Assembly (NCBI GenBank): GCA_963712115.1
Contig: CAVQGX010000031.1
Coordinates: 1-64,000, forward strand
Direction of reading: 5' to 3'
Source: an uncultured delta proteobacterium
GTDB taxonomy: Bacteria > Desulfobacterota > Syntrophobacteria > BM002
DNA: 64,000 nt
The stretch's first letter is position 1. Every line of letters starts with the position of its first letter. The notes under the pieces were generated by a model. It ran no database searches. It saw only the letters and a program-made list of their open reading frames with translations, and was not told where the DNA came from. Position numbers and translations under genes: made by a program. Of the stretch, positions 1-8,664 are shown one piece after another.

Positions 1-179
1 CTCTCCACATAAAGCGGGGATTTTTTGTTGCCTTCATATTTGCTAATGAAGAGGGGCCAACTTGAAGTGGTAATATTTTTCCCATTTTATAGCTTCTCTT
101 ACCCAAAAATTTTAATATTTTATACAGAAGGAATTCTATAAGTACTTAAAATTATTGTTAATATATGTAGATTCTCTAA

Positions 180-196
180 TTGGCATGATTATAGCT
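180..196 (+). promoter_or_regulatory. Putative sigma-54 promoter (-24/-12)
   Basis: TTGGCATGATTATAGCT has GG-N10-GC spacing close to the TGGCACG-N4-TTGC consensus, in an AT-rich region ~65 nt upstream of a small ORF. Confidence 0.55.
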
Positions 197-262
197 GATA
201 TTTATCTCATGATTCCTTTAACTTACTAGCCTTCTTGGGGCGAGAGACTTGGAGCCTCTGCA

Positions 263-430
263 ATGGCCAGTGTGATTATTCTCATATTATCTCTTTTTAC
301 CCTAGCATTGATTCTGAGGCTGGTGTTCGTGTTACGACGAGCAGGTGAAGCAGCTGAAATAGATTTGCGTGACATTGAAGATTGGGATTCGGAAATAGTA
401 GATGCGAACTCATCGTCCGTTGCCGACTAG
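263..430 (+). CDS. Small (55 aa) single-TM membrane protein, below the ORF-track cutoff
   Basis: Hand-translated MASVIILILSLFTLALILRLVFVLRRAGE...VAD*; hydrophobic N-terminus, acidic tail, GGAG at 251-254. Confidence 0.55.
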   Translation: MASVIILILSLFTLALILRLVFVLRRAGEAAEIDLRDIEDWDSEIVDANSSSVAD

Positions 431-717
431 GGTCGAGACTTAATCTAAAAAGCCTTCGAATACATTAAGTGTCCGGAGTCTTTCTTAGGCTTTTGTTCCA
501 ACAGGAAGTTGAGACTTCTCAAAAGAAAATGAGAAGTGCGTGTAAACAGTGTGGGAAAAAATTTGGTTGGGATAAACCAACCGTGGTCGCCTGGGTAGGT
601 AACGAACTCTATTCTTTCTGCAGCACAAAATGTAGGCATTAATTTGTCTACCCGAAACTCTCTAATCCCGTTTGTGCTCGAGAAGGATGCTACCGAAGGG
701 TACCCTAGGGAAACCGA

Positions 718-918
718 ATGCTCTGTGCCGTTTGCTACCAGATAGGAGATTCCCTTGGGGAACAGGACATCTGTGTTGATGAGGCAGAGAGAGAACGTTG
801 GAATAAAGCTGAACATACTATTCTGAAACAACTTGAAAGAAGGGTGCGAGTTTATAGTGCCCAGAATATGACGCAGAAAGAACTTAGTTCCCTAGTGCCA
901 GGACATAACAGAAAGTAG
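718..918 (+). CDS. Hypothetical small protein
   Basis: 66-aa ORF with N-terminal CxxC, co-oriented with neighbours. Confidence 0.35.
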   Translation: MLCAVCYQIGDSLGEQDICVDEAERERWNKAEHTILKQLERRVRVYSAQNMTQKELSSLVPGHNRK

Positions 919-959
919 ATTCATAATTTCAAAGAACACTTAATAACTGGTAAACTCAA

Positions 960-1292
960 ATGAAGGCTTGGTTTCGGCATTATCTAGATCCATTGAATCT
1001 GTGGCGCTACTCCCTCGCCTTTAATTACTGGTTTTTGCGAGTGTATCAAAGGTGGCTATGGGAGCCTTTCCTAGATAAGTTGCTGTCAAATGATTCGAAA
1101 GTAGTAGCGCATAAGTCTGGATACTCAACAAGTCGTATTTGCATACAGTGCGAGAAAAGGGTTAAACTAGCTCTGGTTACTAAATGGGATAACAGGATCA
1201 ACTTTTTTTGTAGCACAGAGTGCAAGAACAAGTGGGGTTACTTTATTGCCTTAGAAGAAGATTTTGATCGCACACAGCAACCCTCAATATGA
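960..1292 (+). CDS. Hypothetical protein with C-terminal TRASH/MYM-like zinc-finger motif
   Basis: CIQC...FFCSTEC motif. Confidence 0.5.
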   Translation: MKAWFRHYLDPLNLWRYSLAFNYWFLRVYQRWLWEPFLDKLLSNDSKVVAHKSGYSTSRICIQCEKRVKLALVTKWDNRINFFCSTECKNKWGYFIALEEDFDRTQQPSI

Positions 1293-1403
1293 GCGCATTC
1301 AATTTTTAAAAACCACTGCCCAGGGTTTAACTAGATATGAAATATATTCCGTCTGGGTTGCTTCCGATATGCAAGTAGTTTTCAGAACGAGAAAGGCATT
1401 GCG

Positions 1404-2201
1404 ATGTCCCAAGAAAAACGCCTATACCCCAGAGTCAATGTCAATTGGCCAGTTACCATAAAAACCCGTGAGGGACCTATTACAGGTGTTATAAAGGATA
1501 TTAGTGCTGGCGGTGCTTTCGTCAGTGGCTGGAAACGCCTTAAACCAAATGAAGAATCTCAGGTCCCTAATTATCATTCCCGCACCTCGAAACTCCGGCT
1601 GTCCATTGGCGCCAGAGTGATTCGTCAAGATACTGAACGTCTTGATAATGAGACTACGTCTCTCAATATGGGTATTAAGTTTACAGAACTTCCCGGCGAA
1701 GCCTGCGAACTAATATCTACACTGGTTTCAGCTCTCCTCATAAGGGAAAGTTTAGAGCCTGAAACCGGCCTTGAGCAGCCCGCTCGTGAGGAGAGTAAGA
1801 TGCCCGAAGAAAAAAGCCAGTCCCTAAAAGTTAAGATTAAACCTAGTGCTTACCCTATGATTAAACTCCATTGGAAACAACAGGGTGAATATGAGCAGGA
1901 TGCATTGGAAACCGATGTTTCATTCCCGAGGGAACTCTGGGTGAATATAGCTAAGGCTTGCGATAAAATCGCCCATGGTATGGGTGCATTTAATTCGCCG
2001 AAGGTGAGAAAGGCATTAACTTTAATGGCCGACAGGATCATCGCGGAAATTGACGCTGAAGATAGAAGGTTGAGGTACAAAGAGTCTTATGAGTCCTTTT
2101 TTGATTTCGTTGATGCAATAGGCAATAGGGCAGATTTGGATAGAGTGCGAAAAGCCCAGCTAATTCACGAAAAAGCTCTTCAAATTCAACTGCAATCCTA
2201 A
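1404..2201 (+). CDS. PilZ-domain protein with unrelated C-terminal half (possibly two genes)
   Basis: EKRxxPR and DISAGG PilZ motifs; in-frame internal ATG at 1800 preceded by GAGGAG. Confidence 0.7.
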   Translation: MSQEKRLYPRVNVNWPVTIKTREGPITGVIKDISAGGAFVSGWKRLKPNEESQVPNYHSRTSKLRLSIGARVIRQDTERLDNETTSLNMGIKFTELPGEACELISTLVSALLIRESLEPETGLEQPAREESKMPEEKSQSLKVKIKPSAYPMIKLHWKQQGEYEQDALETDVSFPRELWVNIAKACDKIAHGMGAFNSPKVRKALTLMADRIIAEIDAEDRRLRYKESYESFFDFVDAIGNRADLDRVRKAQLIHEKALQIQLQS

Positions 2202-2276
2202 AAAGAGAGAGATTTGGAATAAAACTCATTGTCGTAATCTGAAATTGCAGAAACTCCTACAGTCAGGTGGGAGGCC

Positions 2277-2813
2277 TTGGCTATGGTGAAAGATGTTCAT
2301 ATAGATGTAATCGCTTATCTTACGATGGTGTTGTTTCTTTGTATGAGCACAGCAGCTTTGGCTGAAACCGAGGTTGTGATTTCTAAAAAGAATAGCTTTG
2401 GCGGAATTACAAAGAAAATCAACTATTCTGAAGAAGACCATAGTTATAAAGCAGGGATAAAACAAGTCATAGACTACTCTGACAGTGATGGCAATAAACG
2501 AAAGATTGAAATCTATACAAGTAAGAAGCATTCCCAGAAGTTGGATTTAGATATGATAATTCACTACAAGAGCACGGGAAGAGTATTTGAGTTTTTTCCA
2601 TCAGATAAAGAAACTGGAGGGCAGGGAGTCTCTAAACTTGTTTTGTATTACAATGAGAAGGACAAACTGCAAAAAAGGGAATACTATTTCGCTAAAGGCA
2701 GTCATGTATCAGAGCTCGGCGTATATAGGAGGGTAATTTACTATGATGAGGCTGGGGGAGTCACCAGAGTCGAACATTTTGATAAGAATGGTAAGAAAGT
2801 GATGCCGCAGTAA
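2277..2813 (+). CDS. Hypothetical secreted protein
   Basis: Signal-peptide-like N-terminus (..AALA|E), repeated Y-[DN]-x-x-[GD] beta-hairpin-like motifs. Confidence 0.65.
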   Translation: MAMVKDVHIDVIAYLTMVLFLCMSTAALAETEVVISKKNSFGGITKKINYSEEDHSYKAGIKQVIDYSDSDGNKRKIEIYTSKKHSQKLDLDMIIHYKSTGRVFEFFPSDKETGGQGVSKLVLYYNEKDKLQKREYYFAKGSHVSELGVYRRVIYYDEAGGVTRVEHFDKNGKKVMPQ

Positions 2814-2872
2814 AGATACAAGTAAACCTACCAATCGCATCATGGGTTCCCATCCATTCTTTAAAAAACACT

Positions 2873-2896
2873 GCGGAGCTTCGACTCCGCTTTTTT
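2873..2896 (+). terminator. Intrinsic terminator
   Basis: GCGGAG-CTTCGA-CTCCGC followed by TTTTTT. Confidence 0.75.
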
Positions 2897-3001
2897 AATG
2901 CTCCATTCAAACTCTGGGACTGTGCATATCATACTTTAATCTGCACTCTGCGATTCTCTATCCTGCCACTATATATGGTTGTAGTTTTAAGGACGGATGT
3001 T

Positions 3002-3060
3002 ATGGGGTCAGCTCTTGACCTTGGACATTTTTCCTGTCCAAGGTCAAGAGCTGACCCCAT
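3002..3060. repeat. Perfect 26-bp inverted repeat with 7-nt loop
   Basis: ATGGGGTCAGCTCTTGACCTTGGACA-TTTTTCC-TGTCCAAGGTCAAGAGCTGACCCCAT. Confidence 0.95.
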
Positions 3061-3066
3061 GGTTTT

Positions 3067-3675
3067 CTAGCTTGCTGCCTTCAGGTTCTTGGCCACCTGC
3101 TCCCAGTTAATCACATTCCAGAAGTTTTGCACGTATTCCGGGCGGCGGTTCTGATAGAGCAGGTAATAAGCATGCTCCCAGACGTCGACACCAAGAATTG
3201 GTTTAAACCCCTCCATGAGGGGAGTGTCCTGGTTCGGAGTGCTGTGAACTACCAGACCCCCCTTTCCATCCACACTCAGCCAGCCCCAGCCGCTTCCAAA
3301 ACGGGTGATCGCAGTCTGAGAAAACTTCTCCTTGAACGTCTCAAAGCTGCCAAAGGAAGAATTAATTTTCTCTAAGAGGTCACCGGTTGGCCGCCCGCCA
3401 CCACTGGGAGACATAGCCTTCCAGAATAAACTGTGATTGTAGTGCCCTCCGCCGTGATTACGGATGGCTGTGCGCACCTCCTCAGGAGCATTGTTGAGGT
3501 CACTAACAATTTGCTCAATGGTTTTTCCTTGCAGGGCGGGAGCTTTTTCCAAGGCCTTGTTCAAGTTGTCAATGTATGCTTGATGATGCTTGCCATGGTG
3601 TATCTCCATGGTTCTAGCGTCAATGTATGGCTCAAGTGCATTGAAATCATATGGTAAATCAGGAAGTGTGAACAT
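3067..3675 (-). CDS. sodA: Superoxide dismutase, Fe/Mn family (Mn-type signature)
   Basis: [30 protein letters not shown]. Confidence 0.95.
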   Translation of the reverse strand: MFTLPDLPYDFNALEPYIDARTMEIHHGKHHQAYIDNLNKALEKAPALQGKTIEQIVSDLNNAPEEVRTAIRNHGGGHYNHSLFWKAMSPSGGGRPTGDLLEKINSSFGSFETFKEKFSQTAITRFGSGWGWLSVDGKGGLVVHSTPNQDTPLMEGFKPILGVDVWEHAYYLLYQNRRPEYVQNFWNVINWEQVAKNLKAAS

Positions 3676-3830
3676 TATACCCTCCTTGTTTTCTACCTTC
3701 AGGTTGCCGTAAATCCTACTTTAGTAGTGTGACTTTTAGGTAAAATAACCATCAGAAGGACGAGAGTCAAATGAGCGAAAAGGGAATGACGACTAGGCAC
3801 TTCGGTAATTTGGGATTGCGGATTTGAAAA

Positions 3831-3973
3831 GGCATAGAGAATGGGGCATAGAGTGAGGAGCCAGGAGTCGGAATCCAAAGTTCAGGAGAAAAGCAATCAA
3901 AATTGAGTTACTCTCAACTACATGCTACTGACTACCTCTATGTGGTGCCAAGTCCTTAGTGTTTAGTCCCTAG
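3831..3973. repeat. Left arm of composite heptamer-repeat inverted repeat flanking slp
   Basis: GGCATAG/GGAGYCA/TAGTSCC tracts; reverse-complementary to 4653-4806. Confidence 0.75.
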
Positions 3974-4057
3974 CAGGCTACCGAAATGCTGGGGGAATCG
4001 TGTTATAATTGTTAGATTAGCAGTAAGGAAGAATTTCATGTGGATGGGAAAAATATA

Positions 4058-4597
4058 ATGGGCCGACCTGTAATCTCATTTGCGCTATATTTCTTGATGT
4101 TTTTCGTCCTGGGGGGCTTCACCGCCTGTGCCCCTGCCATCTCCAAGCAGGTGCGGGAAGAGGCCGGCGAACCAGTTCCCTTTGAAGCACTCCTTATGCG
4201 AACTGATGACTATAAGGGCCGAGTAGTTATTATTGGTGGTTACATCCTGGAAACATTGAACGAACCTGATGGTTCCTGGCTTACTGTGTTGCAATCGCCA
4301 CTGGATTCCCAGAACAGGCCTGAATCATCAGACTTGTCCAAAGGACGCTTTTTGGTATGGAGTAAAGAATTCCTGGATCCGGTGGTCTACAGCAAAGAGC
4401 GCAGGATTACCGTGGGCGGCCAAGTCATTGGAAGTCAGGAAAGGAAATTAGGAAGTCTTACCTATCAATATCCGGTCATTGAGGCAAAGGAGATTCATCT
4501 CTGGTCCAAGGAGGTAGAGCATATCGGGCCTTATTATGATCCCTGGTACTATCCCTGGTACAGACACCCTTACCGTTACAGATATCCTTACTGGTAA
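4058..4597 (+). CDS. Slp-family outer-membrane lipoprotein
   Basis: Lipobox FTAC, GRVVIIGGYI, SKGRFLV, FLDPVVY, YxYPVI; Pro/Tyr-rich tail (start may be 4040). Confidence 0.9.
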   Translation: MGRPVISFALYFLMFFVLGGFTACAPAISKQVREEAGEPVPFEALLMRTDDYKGRVVIIGGYILETLNEPDGSWLTVLQSPLDSQNRPESSDLSKGRFLVWSKEFLDPVVYSKERRITVGGQVIGSQERKLGSLTYQYPVIEAKEIHLWSKEVEHIGPYYDPWYYPWYRHPYRYRYPYW

Positions 4598-4652
4598 GCA
4601 ACTCCCGCAGCTCAAGGGAAATGGGTTCAGATGTCAGAGGGCAGCCGTTTCA

Positions 4653-4806
4653 ACTAGGCACTAGGAACTAAGCACTAGGCACCAAAGCAAATAAGAATTC
4701 AGGAGCCAGAATTCAGAATCCAGAATAAAAAAACAAAACGGAATACCTCTTTTCAACTGACTCCTGTCTCCTGACTCCTTGCTCTATGCTCCATGCCCCA
4801 TACTCC
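4653..4806. repeat. Right arm of composite heptamer-repeat inverted repeat flanking slp
   Basis: CTAGGCA x4, CAGAATY, CTGACTC, CTATGCT/CCATGCC tracts in mirror order to 3831-3973. Confidence 0.8.
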
Positions 4807-5088
4807 TTACTCAGCATTGACTTTTTGCCTGCGCTCGCGATAGACGAAATGGAGATTGCGGGCATAGATAAAAACCCCGGTACACTGGCCCACGATGAAC
4901 ACCGGATCTCTCCTGTGAACGGCATAACTGAATAAAATGACTCCGCCCGCCAGACTCAAGTACCAGAAGGCGACGGGAATTAAGCTGCGGCCGTGCTTTT
5001 CACTGTAAAGCCATTGAACCAGAAATCGGGTGCCAAATGCTGCCTGCCCCACAAAGCCTATGATCAACCAAAGGTAATCAGCTCTCAA
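4807..5088 (-). CDS. Lipid A biosynthesis N-terminal (LAB_N) domain membrane protein
   Basis: GFVGQAAFGTRFLVQW..SEK..P..FWYLSL..G...YA..RDPVFIVGQ. Confidence 0.9.
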   Translation of the reverse strand: MRADYLWLIIGFVGQAAFGTRFLVQWLYSEKHGRSLIPVAFWYLSLAGGVILFSYAVHRRDPVFIVGQCTGVFIYARNLHFVYRERRQKVNAE

Positions 5089-5818
5089 AGTTTTTTACCT
5101 CCTCGACGTCAGCTGTCTTGCTCCGCCTTTGTAGCCACATTACACCCAATAGGTCTACCAGCCCCACCCAGAGACGATCCCAAACACCATAATGACTTCG
5201 TCCATGCTTTCGGGGCCGATGGTTAACTTCCACTGAGAGCACGGCTCCGCCGTTGCGTAGAATCAGCGCTGGAAGAAAACGATGCATGTGATCGAAAAAA
5301 GGTAGCCCTAGAAATGTATCGCGGGGAAATAGTTTGAGTCCACACCCCGTATCCGGAGTGCGATCCTTGAGCAGGTAACCTCTTACCTTATTTGCCACTC
5401 GTGCTGAGGTCCGCTTCACCCAGCTGTCCTGGCGTTTTCGCCGGTGGCCGATCACGAGCTGCAAGCCAACCGGACTGTCAGCTGAGTTGAAAACCTCTAA
5501 TAACCGGGGTATATCAGCCGGGTCGTTCTGCCCATCCCCGTCGAGAGTGGCAATCAAGGGAGATTGCGCCGCTTTGACCCCGGTGTGGATGGCATAACTC
5601 TGGCCGCAACTTCTCCGGTGTCGGACAATCTTGAGTTGAGATAGTTTTTCACTCAGAGTAACAAGACGTTCCCAGGTTTTATCTGAACTTCCGTCATCCA
5701 CATAAACAATTTCATACTCGAAAAGACCGTCTAGAGACGAACATATCTCATTTATCAGGGGGTCTATATTTGCTTCTTCGTCCCTCACCGGGACAACTAC
5801 TGAAAGATCCATCTCCAC
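5078..5818 (-). CDS. GT2 polyprenyl-phosphate glycosyltransferase (DPM1/RgtE-like)
   Basis: SVVVP..DE, VDDGSSD, DGDGQNDP, DTGCGLK, HMHRFLP. Confidence 0.92.
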   Translation of the reverse strand: MEMDLSVVVPVRDEEANIDPLINEICSSLDGLFEYEIVYVDDGSSDKTWERLVTLSEKLSQLKIVRHRRSCGQSYAIHTGVKAAQSPLIATLDGDGQNDPADIPRLLEVFNSADSPVGLQLVIGHRRKRQDSWVKRTSARVANKVRGYLLKDRTPDTGCGLKLFPRDTFLGLPFFDHMHRFLPALILRNGGAVLSVEVNHRPRKHGRSHYGVWDRLWVGLVDLLGVMWLQRRSKTADVEEVKNFES

Positions 5819-5860
5819 TGTCCAGCCTAAACTAAAAGTTTAACCAGCCCTTTGGCTTAT

Positions 5861-6059
5861 CCCGGATATTTCATGAATTGCTGTCGCGAGACCACGAAGA
5901 TGGGCGTGTCACCTGGCAACCGTCCCGCGGTACCGCGGGATTGGTTCCGAGGCGTACCTGAATGGTACGTCGCAGGGGCCGACACCCGAGGACGCCAGGA
6001 AGGACGGACATATCCGTGGTCGCAGTCACGCCAAGGCGTGAATTCATGGAATATCCGGG
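5861..6059. mobile_element. MITE-like palindromic element, copy 1
   Basis: TIR CCCGGATATTTCATGAATT...AATTCATGGAATATCCGGG; homologous to 10760-11104 and 51100-51280. Confidence 0.85.
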
Positions 6060-6075
6060 ATAAAAGAGTTACCTT

Positions 6076-6774
6076 CTACTCCTGAATCGGCAGTCCACTC
6101 TTTTCCATAAAATGTTTGAGACAAACAGTAGTAACCACTGCCAGATAAGAACCGAAAACCACGTCAGTTAGATAATGATGGCATACCAGTACCCTGCTGA
6201 TAACAATCACCAAAGCAATGGCAAAATAAATCGCCCTATACTTGGGACTGATGAAATATAACGCTAGCATCAAAGCAACGATAGTGCTGGCATGTCCAGA
6301 TGGAAATGAAGTTAGTTTACCTTTCAGTTGAAAAAATTTAAAGCCATATAATTGCTCTTCCAAAAACATCCTTGGGCGGTATCTTCCAAAAATGAATTTA
6401 GTTATGAGCACTAGGATACCTGAGAATGATATCGACAGAAATACAAATAAAGCTCTATTTGACCATATTTCCCTTTTCTTAATGAATCTAAAAAACATAA
6501 AACATACAGCCGCAAAAATCAGGTAAGGTGTTGCTAAGCCTAGCTTTGAAACATCTTTTAGGGTACTTCTAATGTTGTTATTAGTAATAGTTGATGCGCA
6601 GTATTTAGCTACAATCAAATCCAAGAAAAAGTAGCCGATAATACAAAATAACACTACAATAGGAAAAAAAATCAATATTAACTTCATACTACTTCTGAAA
6701 GAAATCTGCTGGTGGGTATTGTTCTTCGTGTGTTCTGCCCTTGCTGCCATTGAAGTGTTACTATCCATGTTCAT
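6076..6774 (-). CDS. PAP2-family phosphatase (LpxE-like lipid A phosphatase candidate)
   Basis: KxxxGRxRP, SFPSGH, SRV...HY..DV motifs; AT-rich. Confidence 0.9.
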   Translation of the reverse strand: MNMDSNTSMAARAEHTKNNTHQQISFRSSMKLILIFFPIVVLFCIIGYFFLDLIVAKYCASTITNNNIRSTLKDVSKLGLATPYLIFAAVCFMFFRFIKKREIWSNRALFVFLSISFSGILVLITKFIFGRYRPRMFLEEQLYGFKFFQLKGKLTSFPSGHASTIVALMLALYFISPKYRAIYFAIALVIVISRVLVCHHYLTDVVFGSYLAVVTTVCLKHFMEKSGLPIQE

Positions 6775-6800
6775 CTTCAGTCCACCAGAGAAAATTCCAA

Positions 6801-8456
6801 CTAAAGAATATTTCCATAGAGATTCAATGTCATCCGTTTACCCTTTGTGTAGTTAATCCCCTGTATCCTCTCCAAGAGCTTAACTGAGCCATTAGGGCCG
6901 GAAATTGCCTTATGGAATGCACCGTCCAACTTTGCTCCGACAAGGGCCAAACCCTTCGGATTCTGCCGGAGGTATAAAGCAGCCTCATGTGGGCTAACCA
7001 ATTTCGTTCCAGTGCCGCAGAAAAAAACCAAGCTAGGCTCATGATAGCCGGCGGCTGCTATGACCGGGTTCGGGTCGCTGGCTGATTCACTGTGGCGCTC
7101 AACCGCTCTTGCCACGCTGCGACTCAGCCACAGCCCATCTATATTTGGGATAATAACATGCAGCGTCGGGGCAAGGATCAGAGCCTCTAAAAGTATGGTG
7201 CCAATTGCTGCTTCAAGCAAACGTCCACGCAGTACGCGCCAACTAGGCAAAATCATTAAAATGACGGCTGCGCCAGCGGGCCAGAGCGTGACCATATCAA
7301 AGCGACCATTAAGGTAAAGGGGCAATGCCACAATTGCCGCTGCCAGAGCTGCGCTGACCAATATCCACAGGACAAATCCAACTCGCGCCAGGGACCAACG
7401 GGAAAGGTTCCAGTTTTCTGTTGTACTTTTGAGAATCAGACGCGCTGTGAGCAGAGACAAGGGAGGGAATATGGGTAAGATGTAGTGGGGAAGCTTGGTG
7501 GGAATGAGTTCAAACGTTAACCAGACTGGGATTATCCATGCTAGACAGAACCGCTCTCCTATCCGCGCTCGCAGCTTTATGGCTTGACCCAATGCCGGCC
7601 AAAGGAACAACGACCCCGGCCAAAAGGTCAAGGCGATCACCAGCAAATAGTAACCAGGTGGAAATCCGTGTGATTCGTGCCCGGAGATCAGTTTCGGCAG
7701 TAGATCCGAACGGATAGCATCGCCAAAAAAAGCGCCGTCCGTGGCCATAGTAACGGCGATTGCCCAAGGGCAAACTATTAAGACTGCCAAGGGAATACCT
7801 AACTTCAACCGTAAACCACGGAGGTAAGATGCACTTCTATCAACCGCTAAGAGAGTGAGGACAGTGAGTAAACTCACCAGGGGTAGTATCGGTCCCTTTA
7901 ACAATATGCCAATGCCCTGGGCAGTCCAGAATGTAAGAGGAATCCCCAAGCCAACGGTCTCTCCATGGCGATTCCGGACATACAGAGTTCCCAGAGAGCC
8001 CTGGGCTGCCACGACTGCTGCGAGCAGGGCGGCGTCGGTGGTGGCCTGATGGGCCTCCACTACTAAAAGAAGAGTACTGGCAGTGACAATCGCGCCAAAA
8101 AGACCTGTCTGCCGATCAAACAGATTTTTGCCAAAAACAAAGGTGAGCATTACCGCCACCAGCGCACCCAGCATAGAAGGAATTCTATAGGGCCATATGT
8201 GGTTGGGCGAACCGGTCACCTCAACACTTACAGCTTGCAGCCAATGGATGCCGATTGGTTTCTTGTGGCGAGGTTTTTCTTGAAAATGGATGCGAATGAA
8301 ATCCCTGCTTTCCACCATCTGGCGAGTAGCCTGAGCGAACCTTGCCTCGTCACGATCCACCGGTGGCAATGTGGTTAACCCCGGAATGTACAGAACGACA
8401 CAAAGGAGTATCAATCCAAGATACTGCTTCAGTCCGTTATAATCTGTCCGCGCCAT
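6801..8456 (-). CDS. ArnT/GT83-family lipid A glycosyltransferase
   Basis: DRDEARF, KPIGIHW, LLKGP, TKLPHYILP; many TM helices. Confidence 0.92.
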   Translation of the reverse strand: MARTDYNGLKQYLGLILLCVVLYIPGLTTLPPVDRDEARFAQATRQMVESRDFIRIHFQEKPRHKKPIGIHWLQAVSVEVTGSPNHIWPYRIPSMLGALVAVMLTFVFGKNLFDRQTGLFGAIVTASTLLLVVEAHQATTDAALLAAVVAAQGSLGTLYVRNRHGETVGLGIPLTFWTAQGIGILLKGPILPLVSLLTVLTLLAVDRSASYLRGLRLKLGIPLAVLIVCPWAIAVTMATDGAFFGDAIRSDLLPKLISGHESHGFPPGYYLLVIALTFWPGSLFLWPALGQAIKLRARIGERFCLAWIIPVWLTFELIPTKLPHYILPIFPPLSLLTARLILKSTTENWNLSRWSLARVGFVLWILVSAALAAAIVALPLYLNGRFDMVTLWPAGAAVILMILPSWRVLRGRLLEAAIGTILLEALILAPTLHVIIPNIDGLWLSRSVARAVERHSESASDPNPVIAAAGYHEPSLVFFCGTGTKLVSPHEAALYLRQNPKGLALVGAKLDGAFHKAISGPNGSVKLLERIQGINYTKGKRMTLNLYGNIL

Positions 8457-8504
8457 AACCCTTCACTGCTCAAGCAAAATCAAAACTTTGCGCAATAGAT
8501 AGTT

Positions 8505-8597
8505 TGATGTGGGATATGTGATGTGAGATTAAATACGAAATTCAATTGCTGGGATGTTAAGAATCCCAGATTATCAGATTGACACATCTCACATCCA
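8505..8597. repeat. Inverted GATGTGR/YCACATC heptamer pair
   Basis: GATGTGGGATATGTGATGTGAGAT ... CACATCTCACATCC; same family at 52935-53005. Confidence 0.65.
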
Positions 8598-8664
8598 ATT
8601 GTTTGAATTTCTTTCGTATTTGCAGAACTATGGTCAATCACGCCATACGCTTCCATCAAACTGA

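Noticed and set aside
445-831. 128-aa minus-strand ORF
   Set aside because: No motif, opposes the local gene orientation and overlaps the 718-918 ORF
2966-2981. NrdR-box-like CCACTATATATGGTTG
   Set aside because: Single site between convergent genes with no ribonucleotide reductase gene nearby
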